Virus record (IMG/VR): IMGVR_UViG_3300020178_000191
Span: 1-59,062 of that record
Direction: 5' to 3' (one strand)
DNA length: 59,062 bases
Source of the DNA: a virus
Lineage: Duplodnaviria; Caudoviricetes
Positions 9,231 through 19,762 of the stretch are shown piece by piece (within the stretch, counting starts at the first letter, position 1; every line of letters starts with the position of its first letter). Position numbers and translations under genes: made by a program. The notes beneath the pieces were generated by a model that saw only the letters and a program-made list of their open reading frames with translations, made no database searches and was not told the origin of the DNA.

Positions 9231-11881
9231 TATATCTTCTCCATCATTCGTTTCACTACTTCATCCAATTTAGAACGCCATTCTTCAGCGTATCTTTTCT
9301 TATATTTATCTATTGTTTCATCTGAAAGTGACCATTTTTCAACATCTTCCTTAGTAATATCAGCAGTTTCTTTATTAGTTACTACTTGTTTTAAATTCTT
9401 CTTTGGATCACTTGGTTTGTATGAACCACCTTGGAATTTAGGGTCATAACCAGATTGACCTGGTGTTATTTTATTTGTGTATTCAGCGTAATCGTGCCCT
9501 ATATCATATGCCTCTGGCACACAATTAGGCACTTTTTTACCATCTTTATCTTTTAATCCCACTTGTTTATATCCTTTCCAACAAGCATCCGCTAAATCCT
9601 GTTTTAATTCACCAAACATCTTCTTATATTTTTGTGTGTGTTTACTAGGTTTAGTTTTTGCTTTCTCGTCACCTGGCGCTGGTTTGTATGGACCTTTTTC
9701 TGTATCTTGTGATTTAAAGTGAGCCGCTCTTTTTGATTTAACATTTTTTGATAAATCTTTATAGTATTTTTTAGGTTGTGTACCTTTTACTTTACCAACA
9801 TCTTTATCTTGTGGTAAACTGTCAGTATGGCCGTATTCTTTCTTTTCTGATACGGCTTCAAATCCATAATCTACATCTAAATTATATTCTCTCACTTCGG
9901 CCTCTCTATCTGCTGGTACTGGAATACAGTCCCAAATCCAAGCCTTGTGTAAATTGTTATTATTATCTTCTAGTACAACGTAATTTGTACCTCTTCTTTT
10001 TATTGTTCCTTGTACGTCTTCTTTGACGTAATCTACTTTATCTCCTATGTTAAAGATCATTTCTCTAACATATAAATCTCTTATTTGATTTTGTTCAAAC
10101 TCTTGTAAACTAGCTATTGGTTTAGCACCTGAAACTTGCATTAATCCACCATAAGCGGCTGCTAAGTTCATTCCTTTTCTTACCATTTTCATAAGTTGTG
10201 GTACTTTTCTATAACCTGATGGTACACCCATTGAAAAAGATTTTTCATCTCCTTTTTCAGCAGCTGATCTCATTTTACTTGCTGACATACCAGTAGCACC
10301 TTCAGCGTCTGGATCTCTTTCGCCAGCAGATACAACTTTAATACTATCAAAGTCATAAAAACCGTGTCTGTTTCTTTGGCCATTATATTTCTTTAATATG
10401 TTTTCAAACTCTCTTACTCTATCACTACCTGCTACCATAGTTACATCTGTATAACCTTTGTTATATAAATCAGTAGCTAAATCTAAAACCATATTGGTAG
10501 GATTTAGTTCTATATTTCTAGCGTGTTGCGGAAACATATCTTTCATTACATTTAGTTTATCTCTTGGACTTAATGGATTCTTTTTACTATCTTGTGATCT
10601 ACTTAAAAATATTTTGTAATCATTTGTAGATAATGATTTAACTTTTTTAATTAGTTTTTCGTGGCCAATAGTAGGTGGATTAAATCTACCAAAAGTAAAT
10701 GCTACTGACTTGGCTTCTGGTAAAAATTCTTCGTGTACCATACTTTGTAATTTTTTAGGATTAATGTCGTGGAAAGTATCAGCAACAGCAGCCGCATAGT
10801 AACCTATGTCGTGTCTTAAAGGTAATCCTTCTTTTGATCTTTCTTTTTTCTTTCTATCAATCACATCTTGTAAAACTTTAGCAGCGTATTCATATCTTTT
10901 AGAAGTTGTTGCCATTCTTCTAATCTTATCAACAACACCTTTAGACCACCTTTTAGCGGCCATTTTAATGTCGTTTAATGAAACTGCTTCTGTTTTTAAA
11001 CTATCAACTTCTTGGTCTGTTACAATACCATCTTCTAATATCTTTTTACATTTTTTATAGAATTTTAGATAGTGATACTTCTCTAACATTTTGTAAATAA
11101 CATTTTTTGGTAATCTGTTTTTAACACCATATTGTCTAATCTCATCTGGCGACATATCTGTATCAAAGGCCGCTCTTCTTTCGGCGTCAACGTTATCACC
11201 TATTTTTACAATCTGTTCTAAACTATTTTCTATTTCTTCTAGTTTATCTTTTATCTTATCTTGTAAATCTAATACATCATTTGGTTGTAATTCTGTTAGT
11301 TCATCATAATCTATTATATCTCTTTTTAGTTCACCTTTAACTACATCTAATTCTTGTACTTTTCTTTCAAACTCATTTACATATAAGTTAGGATCAAAAA
11401 TAAATTCTTCAGGTCTTTTTACAAAAGTATTACTTTCAATATCAAATACAGCATCAGCCTTTTCTTCTTGGTCATCATAAGTTTTCTTATCTGTAATGAA
11501 ATAAAAATTAATTGGATGTTCAGAACCAGGTATTAATTGACCTTGTATATTATCTGGATTAGAAGCTGATAGATATTTTTTAGAAAGTCTTACTCTTTCT
11601 TCCTCTTGTTTTTCTACAGGCACATCAAACAATACATTGATGTCTAAATCAGCGTCATTTCTATATCTTTTTGTTAAGATAGAACCGATTAAACCTGTTT
11701 TAATAATAGGATATTCTTTTTCAAATTCTGATAATTGTTTATCTATTTGTGCTTTAACACTAGGTTTGATTTTTGGATTATCAGTATCAGCATCATCAAA
11801 TACTTTTGGTGCGTATATTCTTCTAGGAATATCAATGATACTTTCTACTAAATTAAATTTTTCTTTAAATGATTTTATCAT
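9230..11881 (-). CDS. multidomain protein: Pol-beta-type nucleotidyltransferase + HIGH-type cytidylyltransferase-like domain + basic modules
   Basis: GLIGSI...DADLDINV (GS/DxD); FGRFNPPTIGH, VAGSDR and MSASKMR motifs; CWKGY...VPNCVPE module. Confidence 0.7.
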   Translation of the reverse strand: MIKSFKEKFNLVESIIDIPRRIYAPKVFDDADTDNPKIKPSVKAQIDKQLSEFEKEYPIIKTGLIGSILTKRYRNDADLDINVLFDVPVEKQEEERVRLSKKYLSASNPDNIQGQLIPGSEHPINFYFITDKKTYDDQEEKADAVFDIESNTFVKRPEEFIFDPNLYVNEFERKVQELDVVKGELKRDIIDYDELTELQPNDVLDLQDKIKDKLEEIENSLEQIVKIGDNVDAERRAAFDTDMSPDEIRQYGVKNRLPKNVIYKMLEKYHYLKFYKKCKKILEDGIVTDQEVDSLKTEAVSLNDIKMAAKRWSKGVVDKIRRMATTSKRYEYAAKVLQDVIDRKKKERSKEGLPLRHDIGYYAAAVADTFHDINPKKLQSMVHEEFLPEAKSVAFTFGRFNPPTIGHEKLIKKVKSLSTNDYKIFLSRSQDSKKNPLSPRDKLNVMKDMFPQHARNIELNPTNMVLDLATDLYNKGYTDVTMVAGSDRVREFENILKKYNGQRNRHGFYDFDSIKVVSAGERDPDAEGATGMSASKMRSAAEKGDEKSFSMGVPSGYRKVPQLMKMVRKGMNLAAAYGGLMQVSGAKPIASLQEFEQNQIRDLYVREMIFNIGDKVDYVKEDVQGTIKRRGTNYVVLEDNNNNLHKAWIWDCIPVPADREAEVREYNLDVDYGFEAVSEKKEYGHTDSLPQDKDVGKVKGTQPKKYYKDLSKNVKSKRAAHFKSQDTEKGPYKPAPGDEKAKTKPSKHTQKYKKMFGELKQDLADACWKGYKQVGLKDKDGKKVPNCVPEAYDIGHDYAEYTNKITPGQSGYDPKFQGGSYKPSDPKKNLKQVVTNKETADITKEDVEKWSLSDETIDKYKKRYAEEWRSKLDEVVKRMMEKI

Positions 11882-13095
11882 CTTTTTTTAGCCTCTAATT
11901 CTTTTCTTATCCAACTTAATGCTATACCGTTTTCTGGTTTGGTTCTTAATCTACTTCTAATAAATTTAGCCGCTGTGTTTAATGTTTGAGTTACTAATTC
12001 TTGTTCACTTCTATTATTATCTACAACTAACATTTTATTAGGACTAAAAATTCTTTGAAAAGAACCTATATTAGCCTGAACACCTTGCCAACTTTTCTGT
12101 ACAATGTATTCTGGTATTGATCTTGGTCGTTTTTTATTTCTTTCTAATGCCACATCTAAACTAGTGTTTACAAATACCATATAACAATCATAACCAATAT
12201 TTCTTAACATACCTACTTGTCTTTGTACTAAGTCTAAATCTCTACCTGTAGCGTCAATAACTAAACCTAATCTACCCTCTATATAAGTATTTAACATTGT
12301 AGAAGCTGTCATTTTTGCTTTTGCTCTTACAATATTTCTAAAGTATTCTTCTTCATCTGGCATTTTTAAAGATAAATTTGCCTGTTTTAAACCTCTTTCA
12401 AAGGCAGCATCCGAATTAACTACTTTTAAACCTGTACCACCAAAAGCAGAAGCTGTTACAAATGTTTTACCAGAACCAGGACCACCTGCTAAAAAGAAGG
12501 CCTTAAAAATACCTGGATCGTAAACACCTTCATTTAAATATTCTCTAAATTCTCTTAATGGTTTTGCCTTTAGTTGTTTTATAATTCTATTTGCTATTTC
12601 TTCAGGTTCACCGCCTTCAGCTTTTACTTCTATAAAACCTGGTTTTTTTCTGTAATACTCAACTACAGGACCAGTTTCTTTTTTATATAAAGCAATTCTG
12701 TTTTTAATAATTTCTGGTTTATCATCTTCTCTACCTCTAGCCGTTAGTCTTCTTATAACTTCTTCAGGACTTACATTTAAATAAACCACTTTATCTATTT
12801 TAATTCCTTCTCTTTCTAAATCTCTTACTTGTTGCATATATCTTGGAAAACCATCAAATACAAAACCATTATCTGCCTTTGCTACGGCGTCTTTTACAAG
12901 TTTTAAGACAATATCATTAGGAGCAAAACCACCTTTACCTAAATCTGATAATCTTTTGGCCATTTCTCCGCCTTGTGCCTTTGCCTTTCTTAATAGTTCA
13001 CCAGGATAAATGTGTTCTATATCAAACTCTTTGGTAATAAACTTAGCATAAGTTGATTTACCTGAACCTGGACCGCCTATTAAAATAATATTCAT
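11878..13095 (-). CDS. adenylate kinase fused to a second P-loop (zeta-toxin/PNK-like) kinase
   Basis: GGPGSGKST, GELLR, FDGFPR, RGREDD (adenylate kinase); second FLAGGPGSGKT, VIDATG, ERNKKRPR. Confidence 0.75.
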   Translation of the reverse strand: MNIILIGGPGSGKSTYAKFITKEFDIEHIYPGELLRKAKAQGGEMAKRLSDLGKGGFAPNDIVLKLVKDAVAKADNGFVFDGFPRYMQQVRDLEREGIKIDKVVYLNVSPEEVIRRLTARGREDDKPEIIKNRIALYKKETGPVVEYYRKKPGFIEVKAEGGEPEEIANRIIKQLKAKPLREFREYLNEGVYDPGIFKAFFLAGGPGSGKTFVTASAFGGTGLKVVNSDAAFERGLKQANLSLKMPDEEEYFRNIVRAKAKMTASTMLNTYIEGRLGLVIDATGRDLDLVQRQVGMLRNIGYDCYMVFVNTSLDVALERNKKRPRSIPEYIVQKSWQGVQANIGSFQRIFSPNKMLVVDNNRSEQELVTQTLNTAAKFIRSRLRTKPENGIALSWIRKELEAKKR

Positions 13096-13835
13096 TAACT
13101 ACCTGTGTACATTGTTCGTGGAACATCTACTAACACACCATCAAAAGCGGCTGTATATCTTCCGTTATTACTTCTTGTTTGTATTCTAACATCTATATCT
13201 GATTTTTCTGGTACAGCAAATGGTACAGTAAAATCATATTCATAACCATCTGAACCTGAAACTTCAAATGTGTGTTGTATTCTAAATGCTGTTTGACCAA
13301 AAAATCTTACATAAAAGAAACCTGAAGCGTCAGCACTTGCCTGTGAAGTACAAGCACCTTTTGTTAATAATAATTGTTTACCAGCGGGTACAGTATAAAT
13401 CATCATTAAAGTTTGTGCTAAACCTACATTAATATACAATACAGTTGTTGCGCCAATTCTTACATCAATTACACCAACATTGTTTGTACCTGTTGAAATG
13501 TAACCTCTATACACTCTTAAAAATTGTTTTGTTGTACTTGCTGTACCACTACTTGATAATGTAATTGTATCTGTTTGTGGTTCGTAATTACTATCTAAAC
13601 CTTCAACTGTTAAAATCTTTCCGTTATCACTAGCATTAACGGCCTGTGCTGTTAATACACTCGCACTTGAAAATGCTGACCAAGGATATAAAGTATCATT
13701 TTTATCCCAACAAGTACCTGTCGTATTAATTGACATAGCAGGAACCGCACCAAACTTATGTATTGAAGAAGCTCCTTTTATCAAGCCTCTAGCAATTTGA
13801 TAATTCTGTTCGCTTATATAACCTGTGCTTGCCAT
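13095..13835 (-). CDS. hypothetical beta-rich protein, possibly virion-associated
   Basis: Ser/Thr-rich; YTVPAGK and PEKSDI motifs. Confidence 0.5.
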   Translation of the reverse strand: MASTGYISEQNYQIARGLIKGASSIHKFGAVPAMSINTTGTCWDKNDTLYPWSAFSSASVLTAQAVNASDNGKILTVEGLDSNYEPQTDTITLSSSGTASTTKQFLRVYRGYISTGTNNVGVIDVRIGATTVLYINVGLAQTLMMIYTVPAGKQLLLTKGACTSQASADASGFFYVRFFGQTAFRIQHTFEVSGSDGYEYDFTVPFAVPEKSDIDVRIQTRSNNGRYTAAFDGVLVDVPRTMYTGS

Positions 13836-15061
13836 TAACCTTTAACCCAATCTTTCTCAGCCGTAAAATTGGCTCTACTAAATTCTAATCTATCTACTAA
13901 CTTGACAGCACCAGCCACTCTATCAACGGCCACAAATCCTTCAGGAGCTGTTACTTTATATCCTGTAGATGTTCTTAAAAAATGGCCAATACTTTGTATT
14001 TCACTTAACTTATTAACCAAATAATTTTTAGCATTCTGTAAGGTAACGTGTGAAGCAATAGCAAAATATAAGGCTTGTTTGTTTCTATTAATATAAACCA
14101 TATTCTTTTTTAAAATATCCTGATATTTCTTTTTACCACTTTCTGTCTTTCTACTATCTATTTCTGCTTGTAAAACATTTTCATAATATTCACCAAACAT
14201 ATCTACAAGTGTTTTTACTTTAGCCATATTACCTTGTGTATTTCTTATATAGTGATTAAAAAAAGTCTTTAATCTAAAACCTACAGATAATGCATCAGAC
14301 GAAGATTTGGCCATTTCATCTAACATAGAACCAGCTTTTGATAAAGATCCTTCAGCCATTCTTATTCTAGCATTAAAGGTTGATAATTCGCTTGATGTTA
14401 ATTTAGCTGAGCCACTTACATCTCTATAAGCAGCGTCAGCTAAAAACACGGAAGATATTCCAGATCGACCGGAAACTGTACCAAAACCTGCTTTTAAATC
14501 TTTCATTGTTTTACCAGAGTAAGATGTATGAAATACTATACCCATTCTTGCTCTTTTAATTCTTTTACCAATATCTGAATCAATAGGTACAGCATATGTA
14601 ATAGTATTAGGTGTAAAAGTTAACATATTTTCACCATCTATTTTTGCTGTTTTTAAATCTGATTTTGAAAACAAAAAGTCACCTTGTAATATACCAGATA
14701 TGTTTAATTTTTTAAGTTCTCTTAATGCTATAGATAATTTGTTAGCCAATTCACCACTATGATTTCTTCTTATATCAGATGATGTATAGTTTATTTTAGG
14801 ATTTACATTGAAAACGGCCTTTGTACCTACAAAAAATTCACCATTTTCTGGATTAATACCACAGACTATAGCAGGAGCTCCGTCCCATTTGACGGACATA
14901 TTGACTTTACTACTGGAAGAACCAGCTAGCATATCTCTTATTGAATTAAGAAAATTAATAGCATTTTGACCACCTTTTGAACCACGATTTATTATATCGT
15001 CTTCCAGATGTTCTAAATGTGTATTTTTTTCCTTTGTAAAAAATCCTTTAAAACTAAACAT
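13835..15061 (-). CDS. DUF6267-like protein with ATP-dependent ligase-superfamily motifs
   Basis: NTHLEHLED start motif; KWDG (motif I), LQGDFLF (III), PEGFV (IV), AVKLVDR (V). Confidence 0.6.
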   Translation of the reverse strand: MFSFKGFFTKEKNTHLEHLEDDIINRGSKGGQNAINFLNSIRDMLAGSSSSKVNMSVKWDGAPAIVCGINPENGEFFVGTKAVFNVNPKINYTSSDIRRNHSGELANKLSIALRELKKLNISGILQGDFLFSKSDLKTAKIDGENMLTFTPNTITYAVPIDSDIGKRIKRARMGIVFHTSYSGKTMKDLKAGFGTVSGRSGISSVFLADAAYRDVSGSAKLTSSELSTFNARIRMAEGSLSKAGSMLDEMAKSSSDALSVGFRLKTFFNHYIRNTQGNMAKVKTLVDMFGEYYENVLQAEIDSRKTESGKKKYQDILKKNMVYINRNKQALYFAIASHVTLQNAKNYLVNKLSEIQSIGHFLRTSTGYKVTAPEGFVAVDRVAGAVKLVDRLEFSRANFTAEKDWVKG

Positions 15062-15122
15062 TTCTCTCTCATTTTTCCCATTACTATAATCACTTGTTCC
15101 ATATAAATCAATTATTTACTAA

Positions 15123-15130
15123 TATTTATA
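15123..15130 (-). promoter_or_regulatory. T4 late promoter TATAAATA
   Basis: Exact consensus heading the 15061-to-5915 gene run. Confidence 0.75.
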
Positions 15131-15133
15131 ACA

Positions 15134-15397
15134 CTAAACACTTACCCATAAGAATTTTGGTATGCCTCCATTAGGCTCCCATACCTTGTTTTTATTCTGA
15201 AACTTCACTAATTTGTAAGCGTCTTCTTCAAAAAAGAATTGAGCAATCACATTATTATTAGGTTTTTCAATGACTTCCCATATAATATCTTTCTTATGTT
15301 TTTTCATCTTCTTTACATAAGAAAGATTTGGTTGTTCATTATTAGGCCGTCTATCACCTTTGTGAAACTTTACTTTTTGTATTCTTTTTTTTACCAT
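15134..15397 (-). CDS. basic hypothetical protein
   Basis: ORF coupled to the gp41 stop. Confidence 0.55.
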   Translation of the reverse strand: MVKKRIQKVKFHKGDRRPNNEQPNLSYVKKMKKHKKDIIWEVIEKPNNNVIAQFFFEEDAYKLVKFQNKNKVWEPNGGIPKFLWVSV

Positions 15398-16797
15398 TAT
15401 ACTTTAAAATCAGAAAACTTATCATAAGCCTGTTCAGGTGTAGGATAACTTTCCTTTTCTTTTGTTTGGTTACTATCTACTATATTTTGTGCCGTATTTT
15501 CCACGTCATATAATCTCATTTTTGCTCTATCAACACCTACAATAAATGCTCTGTTTAAACCAGGATCATTGTATCTATTCTTTAATTGTTTTACTTTCAT
15601 TTGCCCTAAAGATTCTAATTCTTCATTAGACATTAAGGCAAACATAAAGTCGGCTGTCGCAGGTAGACCAAAACTTTCTGAAGTATCTTCTAAACCAATA
15701 TCTGTACTTACGTAACCAGTTCTAGTTGTTTGTGTAGCAGAAAAGATAGGTAAATTAAACTCAACTGCTAGGCCTCTTAATTCTTCAGCAATTGCCTTAA
15801 TATAAAAATAAGAAGATATATTACCACCTTTAAATCTGCTACTAGCACAAATATTTAAATAATCTACAAACACAACATCTGGTTTAAAACTTTTCTTTAA
15901 TGATAGTTCATTAATTAATGCTCTAAAATGACCACTATGAGCTGACGCTGTTGGATATTCTTTAATGATTAATTGACCTGTTGTTTTACTTCTTAACTTG
16001 GCCATTTTATTATCATATAGTTGTTTAGGCATATCGTGTAAATCATCCATTGTAACGTCCATTAAATTGGCGTCAATTCTTTCAGCAATTCTTTCTTCAG
16101 CCATTTCTAAAGTAATGTATAATACATTTTGACCTTGTGTTAAGAAGTTAGAAGCTACGTGACACATAAACAAAGACTTACCAACACCAGTTCCTGCCAA
16201 AGCGATGTTTAGTGTTTTACTTGGTACACCACCTTTTGTAATTTTGTTAAAGAAAGACAAGTCAAAAGGATATCTTTTTTCTTTTGTATGGTACCAATCA
16301 AATCTACTTTCAGCGTCACCAATATAATCGTGTCCAATATGATTGTCAAAACTAACGGCCAATGCCTCACTTAATATGCTTGGTATTGCCTCTGGCTGTC
16401 TTTGTTTATCTTTGCCATCTAGTATCTTAATGCCAGATAATACAGCGTTATGTACTGCTCTATCTTTACAAAACTTTTCTGTTGTATCTAACAACCATTG
16501 TAAATCAGACTTTTCATCTGTAAAACTAATAACAAGTTCTTTAATTAATTTTAATTCTTCTTCATTTATATCTTTTCTACGGCCAAACTCAATTAAAATG
16601 GTTTCTTTTGTAGGTAGATTTTTATATTCTTGTACAAACTTATCTATTTCTTCGTACAATAGTTTTTCTATTCTATTTGTAAAGTAATCAGGTTTTACAA
16701 AAGGTAAAGCCTTTCTTGTAAACTCCTCATTATAAAAGAAGTTTCTTAAAATAGTTATTTCTATTCTTTCGTTATTTGTCAAAGACAACGGTGCCAT
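15397..16797 (-). CDS. gp41: replicative DNA helicase
   Basis: LAGTGVGKS Walker A, ITLEMAEE, VDYLNI, SESFGLPATAD, QLKNRY. Confidence 0.95.
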   Translation of the reverse strand: MAPLSLTNNERIEITILRNFFYNEEFTRKALPFVKPDYFTNRIEKLLYEEIDKFVQEYKNLPTKETILIEFGRRKDINEEELKLIKELVISFTDEKSDLQWLLDTTEKFCKDRAVHNAVLSGIKILDGKDKQRQPEAIPSILSEALAVSFDNHIGHDYIGDAESRFDWYHTKEKRYPFDLSFFNKITKGGVPSKTLNIALAGTGVGKSLFMCHVASNFLTQGQNVLYITLEMAEERIAERIDANLMDVTMDDLHDMPKQLYDNKMAKLRSKTTGQLIIKEYPTASAHSGHFRALINELSLKKSFKPDVVFVDYLNICASSRFKGGNISSYFYIKAIAEELRGLAVEFNLPIFSATQTTRTGYVSTDIGLEDTSESFGLPATADFMFALMSNEELESLGQMKVKQLKNRYNDPGLNRAFIVGVDRAKMRLYDVENTAQNIVDSNQTKEKESYPTPEQAYDKFSDFKV

Positions 16798-17101
16798 CTG
16801 TTACCTGTTTTTCCAATTGTTCCATTAATATATCACCAATAAAATCTATAAAGTCTTGTGAATCAATATCTGCCTTATTAGGATTACTTACTATATCATA
16901 ATCAAACTTCATAGGCAACGTTCCGTCTGGATTTTCATCTCTAGCAAATCCAACTTTGCCGTACTTATAGATAACGTTTTCAAATTTACCATCAACGATT
17001 TTTATACAAGTAAAATCGTCACCTTCTTTTTGAACAAAAACGTATCTTTTTTTATTCTTCGTCTGATCCGTAGCTGAATTTCTTTTTGGCATATTCATCA
17101 A
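16772..17101 (-). CDS. hypothetical protein at the T4 gp40 position
   Basis: Lies between uvsX and gp41; start uncertain. Confidence 0.45.
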   Translation of the reverse strand: MMNMPKRNSATDQTKNKKRYVFVQKEGDDFTCIKIVDGKFENVIYKYGKVGFARDENPDGTLPMKFDYDIVSNPNKADIDSQDFIDFIGDILMEQLEKQVTDGTVVFDK

Positions 17102-18077
17102 TCTTATCTAATACTTCCTTTGTAAAATATTTTTCAGGCTCATCATTGATATTTTTACCAAATACTTTAGAACCATCTGGCATTTCAAATCTAGTTGATA
17201 CCTTTTTAAAGATACCAACTTCTTCGCCTAGTTCTAACAGACCGTAATACTTATCAAGTCCTTTTTTATAAGTTAGTTTGACATCTATTTGAGCATTTTC
17301 TTTTGTTAATCTACTTTTATAATTTTTACAATGTATAATATTACCAACTACTTCAGTACCGTCTTTTTCTTTTCGTTTACCTAAGTAGATGATTGATGAA
17401 GCGGCGTACTTCAAACCTGAACCGCCACCCATTTCTTTTTGTGGGAACATAGAACCAATAACATCATAAGTGTGATTGGTCATTATCATAGGTATATTTG
17501 CTTTACCTAATTTAAGTGTTAAAACTCTAAACGTTGATTTGACTATTTGTGATCTAGTCATATCTCTTGTTTCTTTACCAGCAGCCGTATCTTCCATTTC
17601 TTTTGTAGTAGATAACATACCTAAACTATCTAATACAAACATTAATGGTTTACGTTTATCTTCTGGTTGTTCTAAATATTTGTCTATAATTTTAATTGAT
17701 TGATTTCTAAATTCTTGTACTGTGGCAACTGGCACAATTACCATTCTACTTGAATCAACACCTCTACCCTCAATCATCTCTTTTGAGATGGCACTTTCTG
17801 ATTCAAAATAAATTACACCTGCGTCTTTGTCTGTATCTAAAAAATGTTTACAGATACCTAAAGCAAAGAAAGTTTTACCTGTTGCGGCTTCACCAGCGAT
17901 TGCTGTGATTTTATTTCCAGGCATACCACCGTAAATACTACCTGATAACAAAGCATTAAAAGAATACGAGCCTGTATCAATAAAACTTGTTACGTCTGCG
18001 CTATCAACGCCTTCACTTACAAGTGTAGCGTACTCATTACCTGTTTCTTTAATTATGTCCTTTAGAAAATTGCTCAT
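17052..18077 (-). CDS. uvsX: RecA-like recombinase
   Basis: [32 protein letters not shown]. Confidence 0.95.
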   Translation of the reverse strand: MSNFLKDIIKETGNEYATLVSEGVDSADVTSFIDTGSYSFNALLSGSIYGGMPGNKITAIAGEAATGKTFFALGICKHFLDTDKDAGVIYFESESAISKEMIEGRGVDSSRMVIVPVATVQEFRNQSIKIIDKYLEQPEDKRKPLMFVLDSLGMLSTTKEMEDTAAGKETRDMTRSQIVKSTFRVLTLKLGKANIPMIMTNHTYDVIGSMFPQKEMGGGSGLKYAASSIIYLGKRKEKDGTEVVGNIIHCKNYKSRLTKENAQIDVKLTYKKGLDKYYGLLELGEEVGIFKKVSTRFEMPDGSKVFGKNINDEPEKYFTKEVLDKIDEYAKKKFSYGSDEE

Positions 18078-18234
18078 ATTCCATTATCTCCTTTTCACTA
18101 TATTTTAATATGTACCACTTGATGTTATCATTATAACAGAAATTCTTAATTTTGTCAAGCTCCTGTGGCTTAAAATGGTACCGTTCTACAATTTTACCCT
18201 TATTATATATCATTATTTCCATTATCGTCTTCAA
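18049..18234 (-). CDS. small hypothetical protein
   Basis: ORF overlapping both neighbours. Confidence 0.45.
   Translation of the reverse strand: MKTIMEIMIYNKGKIVERYHFKPQELDKIKNFCYNDNIKWYILKYSEKEIMEYEQFSKGHN
18130..18158 (-). promoter_or_regulatory. sigma70-type promoter for uvsX
   Basis: Perfect TTGACA-N17-TATAAT. Confidence 0.7.
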
Positions 18235-18574
18235 AGGCCTCTTGCCACCTTTTAATATCTTTTGCCTTTAAAGCGATTCTATCACCTTTTGGCGTATCTA
18301 TTTCAAAGTTAGGCATATTAGCTTCGCCTTCCCATTCAAACCTATATTTTTCATTTATAGGCACCCAACCTTTTCTTGGATTTTCATAATCTTCAGGTTT
18401 TACCCTCATCCATAACAATTCTTTCATATCATTAAGGTTGACAGGTCCAAAATCATTATATACACGACCCTCAAAAGAATCGGCCATATTAAATACAACC
18501 TCTTTATTGTATTCTACCTTTCTTTGGAAGTCCCAATAATCTTTTAATTCTTCGTAATCTTTTTTTGTTATCAT
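18203..18574 (-). CDS. hypothetical protein
   Basis: Likely start MITKKDY overlapping the upstream stop (ATGA). Confidence 0.55.
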   Translation of the reverse strand: MITKKDYEELKDYWDFQRKVEYNKEVVFNMADSFEGRVYNDFGPVNLNDMKELLWMRVKPEDYENPRKGWVPINEKYRFEWEGEANMPNFEIDTPKGDRIALKAKDIKRWQEAFEDDNGNNDI

Positions 18575-19674
18575 CTGATTATCTGTATTTGTGCATCCGG
18601 TGACCATATTTCAAGTTCTTTCCTCAAACGATTTTCATTTTTAAGATTATTATAACGATTGGTTGCTTTCTTTTTCCACCACTCTATAATATTATTTAGG
18701 TTATGTTTGTCGTAGTTTTCATCTTTGACTATATCTGTTTCTGTACCATTTACAATATTGATATAGTTTTTAATACCATAATTACAAGCATAATATCTTT
18801 TTCTTTCTGTAAGTTTTTTAGCATTACTAATAGTTGTGTTAAAATTTTCTAAATCTGTACCATCTAAACTTCTTTTAACTAAACCAATAATAGCCATAGT
18901 AAGTTTTAGTTTTTTACTTGAAGCGTCATCTTTTACTAATTTGCCTATATTGTTTTCTACAAACTTAGCCAAATCGTGGTAGGGTTTACCGTGTATTAAA
19001 GGTATAAAGTCACTATCAGTTAAGCCTTTATATCTTAAAAATGGTTTCATACCATCATATTGGCTTGATGATTTGCTATTACCATATAAAGATGTTGTTT
19101 CAAATAAGGCCATATTCATATCATATTTAACATTCATCTTTTGTCTTACTTCGTGTGAACAACAAACAGCGGCCAATAGTTTACCACCCAAATAATTAAA
19201 ACCAAATGGTTGTACAGGCACAATTACAAAACCCATAATAGAAGTTTTGTTAAATGATTTTAAATCAGGCACTTGTCCTAACATCTCATTACGAGGTTTC
19301 ATATTAATTACAGGAGATGATAGTCTAATAAAACCAACTATCTTTTGTGTATTAGTTTCCATTACAACTATCTTTAAGTTCTTACCTGGAACATTTGACA
19401 TATTTGTATGTGAAGAAACCATATTTAAAAGTTTATCAAATCTTTCATTAGTAATCTCTTTTATTTCAAAGTTCATTTCTTCAGGTGATATGTCACTATT
19501 AAACAAGTCTTCTTCAGGACCATCATCAAATAATGTACCAGCAGAATTATTTGTTTCTAATTGAGATAACTTTTGATCTCTCATATACTGATCTATTCTA
19601 TCAAACTGACTAAAATAGTCATTGAATATATTAGCACAATATAGGGCTTGTTCTTTATTTAGGGTCTTCATCAT
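18571..19674 (-). CDS. DUF4338/DruA-like, Mom-like GNAT-fold protein (paralogue 2)
   Basis: IVGFIRLSSP, IVPVQPFGFNYLGGKLLA, FETTSLYG, SQYDGM; motifs shared with 36040..37341. Confidence 0.6.
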   Translation of the reverse strand: MMKTLNKEQALYCANIFNDYFSQFDRIDQYMRDQKLSQLETNNSAGTLFDDGPEEDLFNSDISPEEMNFEIKEITNERFDKLLNMVSSHTNMSNVPGKNLKIVVMETNTQKIVGFIRLSSPVINMKPRNEMLGQVPDLKSFNKTSIMGFVIVPVQPFGFNYLGGKLLAAVCCSHEVRQKMNVKYDMNMALFETTSLYGNSKSSSQYDGMKPFLRYKGLTDSDFIPLIHGKPYHDLAKFVENNIGKLVKDDASSKKLKLTMAIIGLVKRSLDGTDLENFNTTISNAKKLTERKRYYACNYGIKNYINIVNGTETDIVKDENYDKHNLNNIIEWWKKKATNRYNNLKNENRLRKELEIWSPDAQIQIIR

Positions 19675-19762
19675 TCCATTTTCTCAATAACCAAATAGGT
19701 ATAATATACACTATTACCATAAAAATGGCAACCATTAATCCTACTCCAAACATTTCAATCAT
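19655..19762 (-). CDS. small single-TM protein (35 aa)
   Basis: Manual translation MIEMFGVGLMVAIFMVIVYIIPIWLLRKWNDEDPK; ATGA overlap with the MT-A70 stop. Confidence 0.45.
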   Translation of the reverse strand: MIEMFGVGLMVAIFMVIVYIIPIWLLRKWNDEDPK

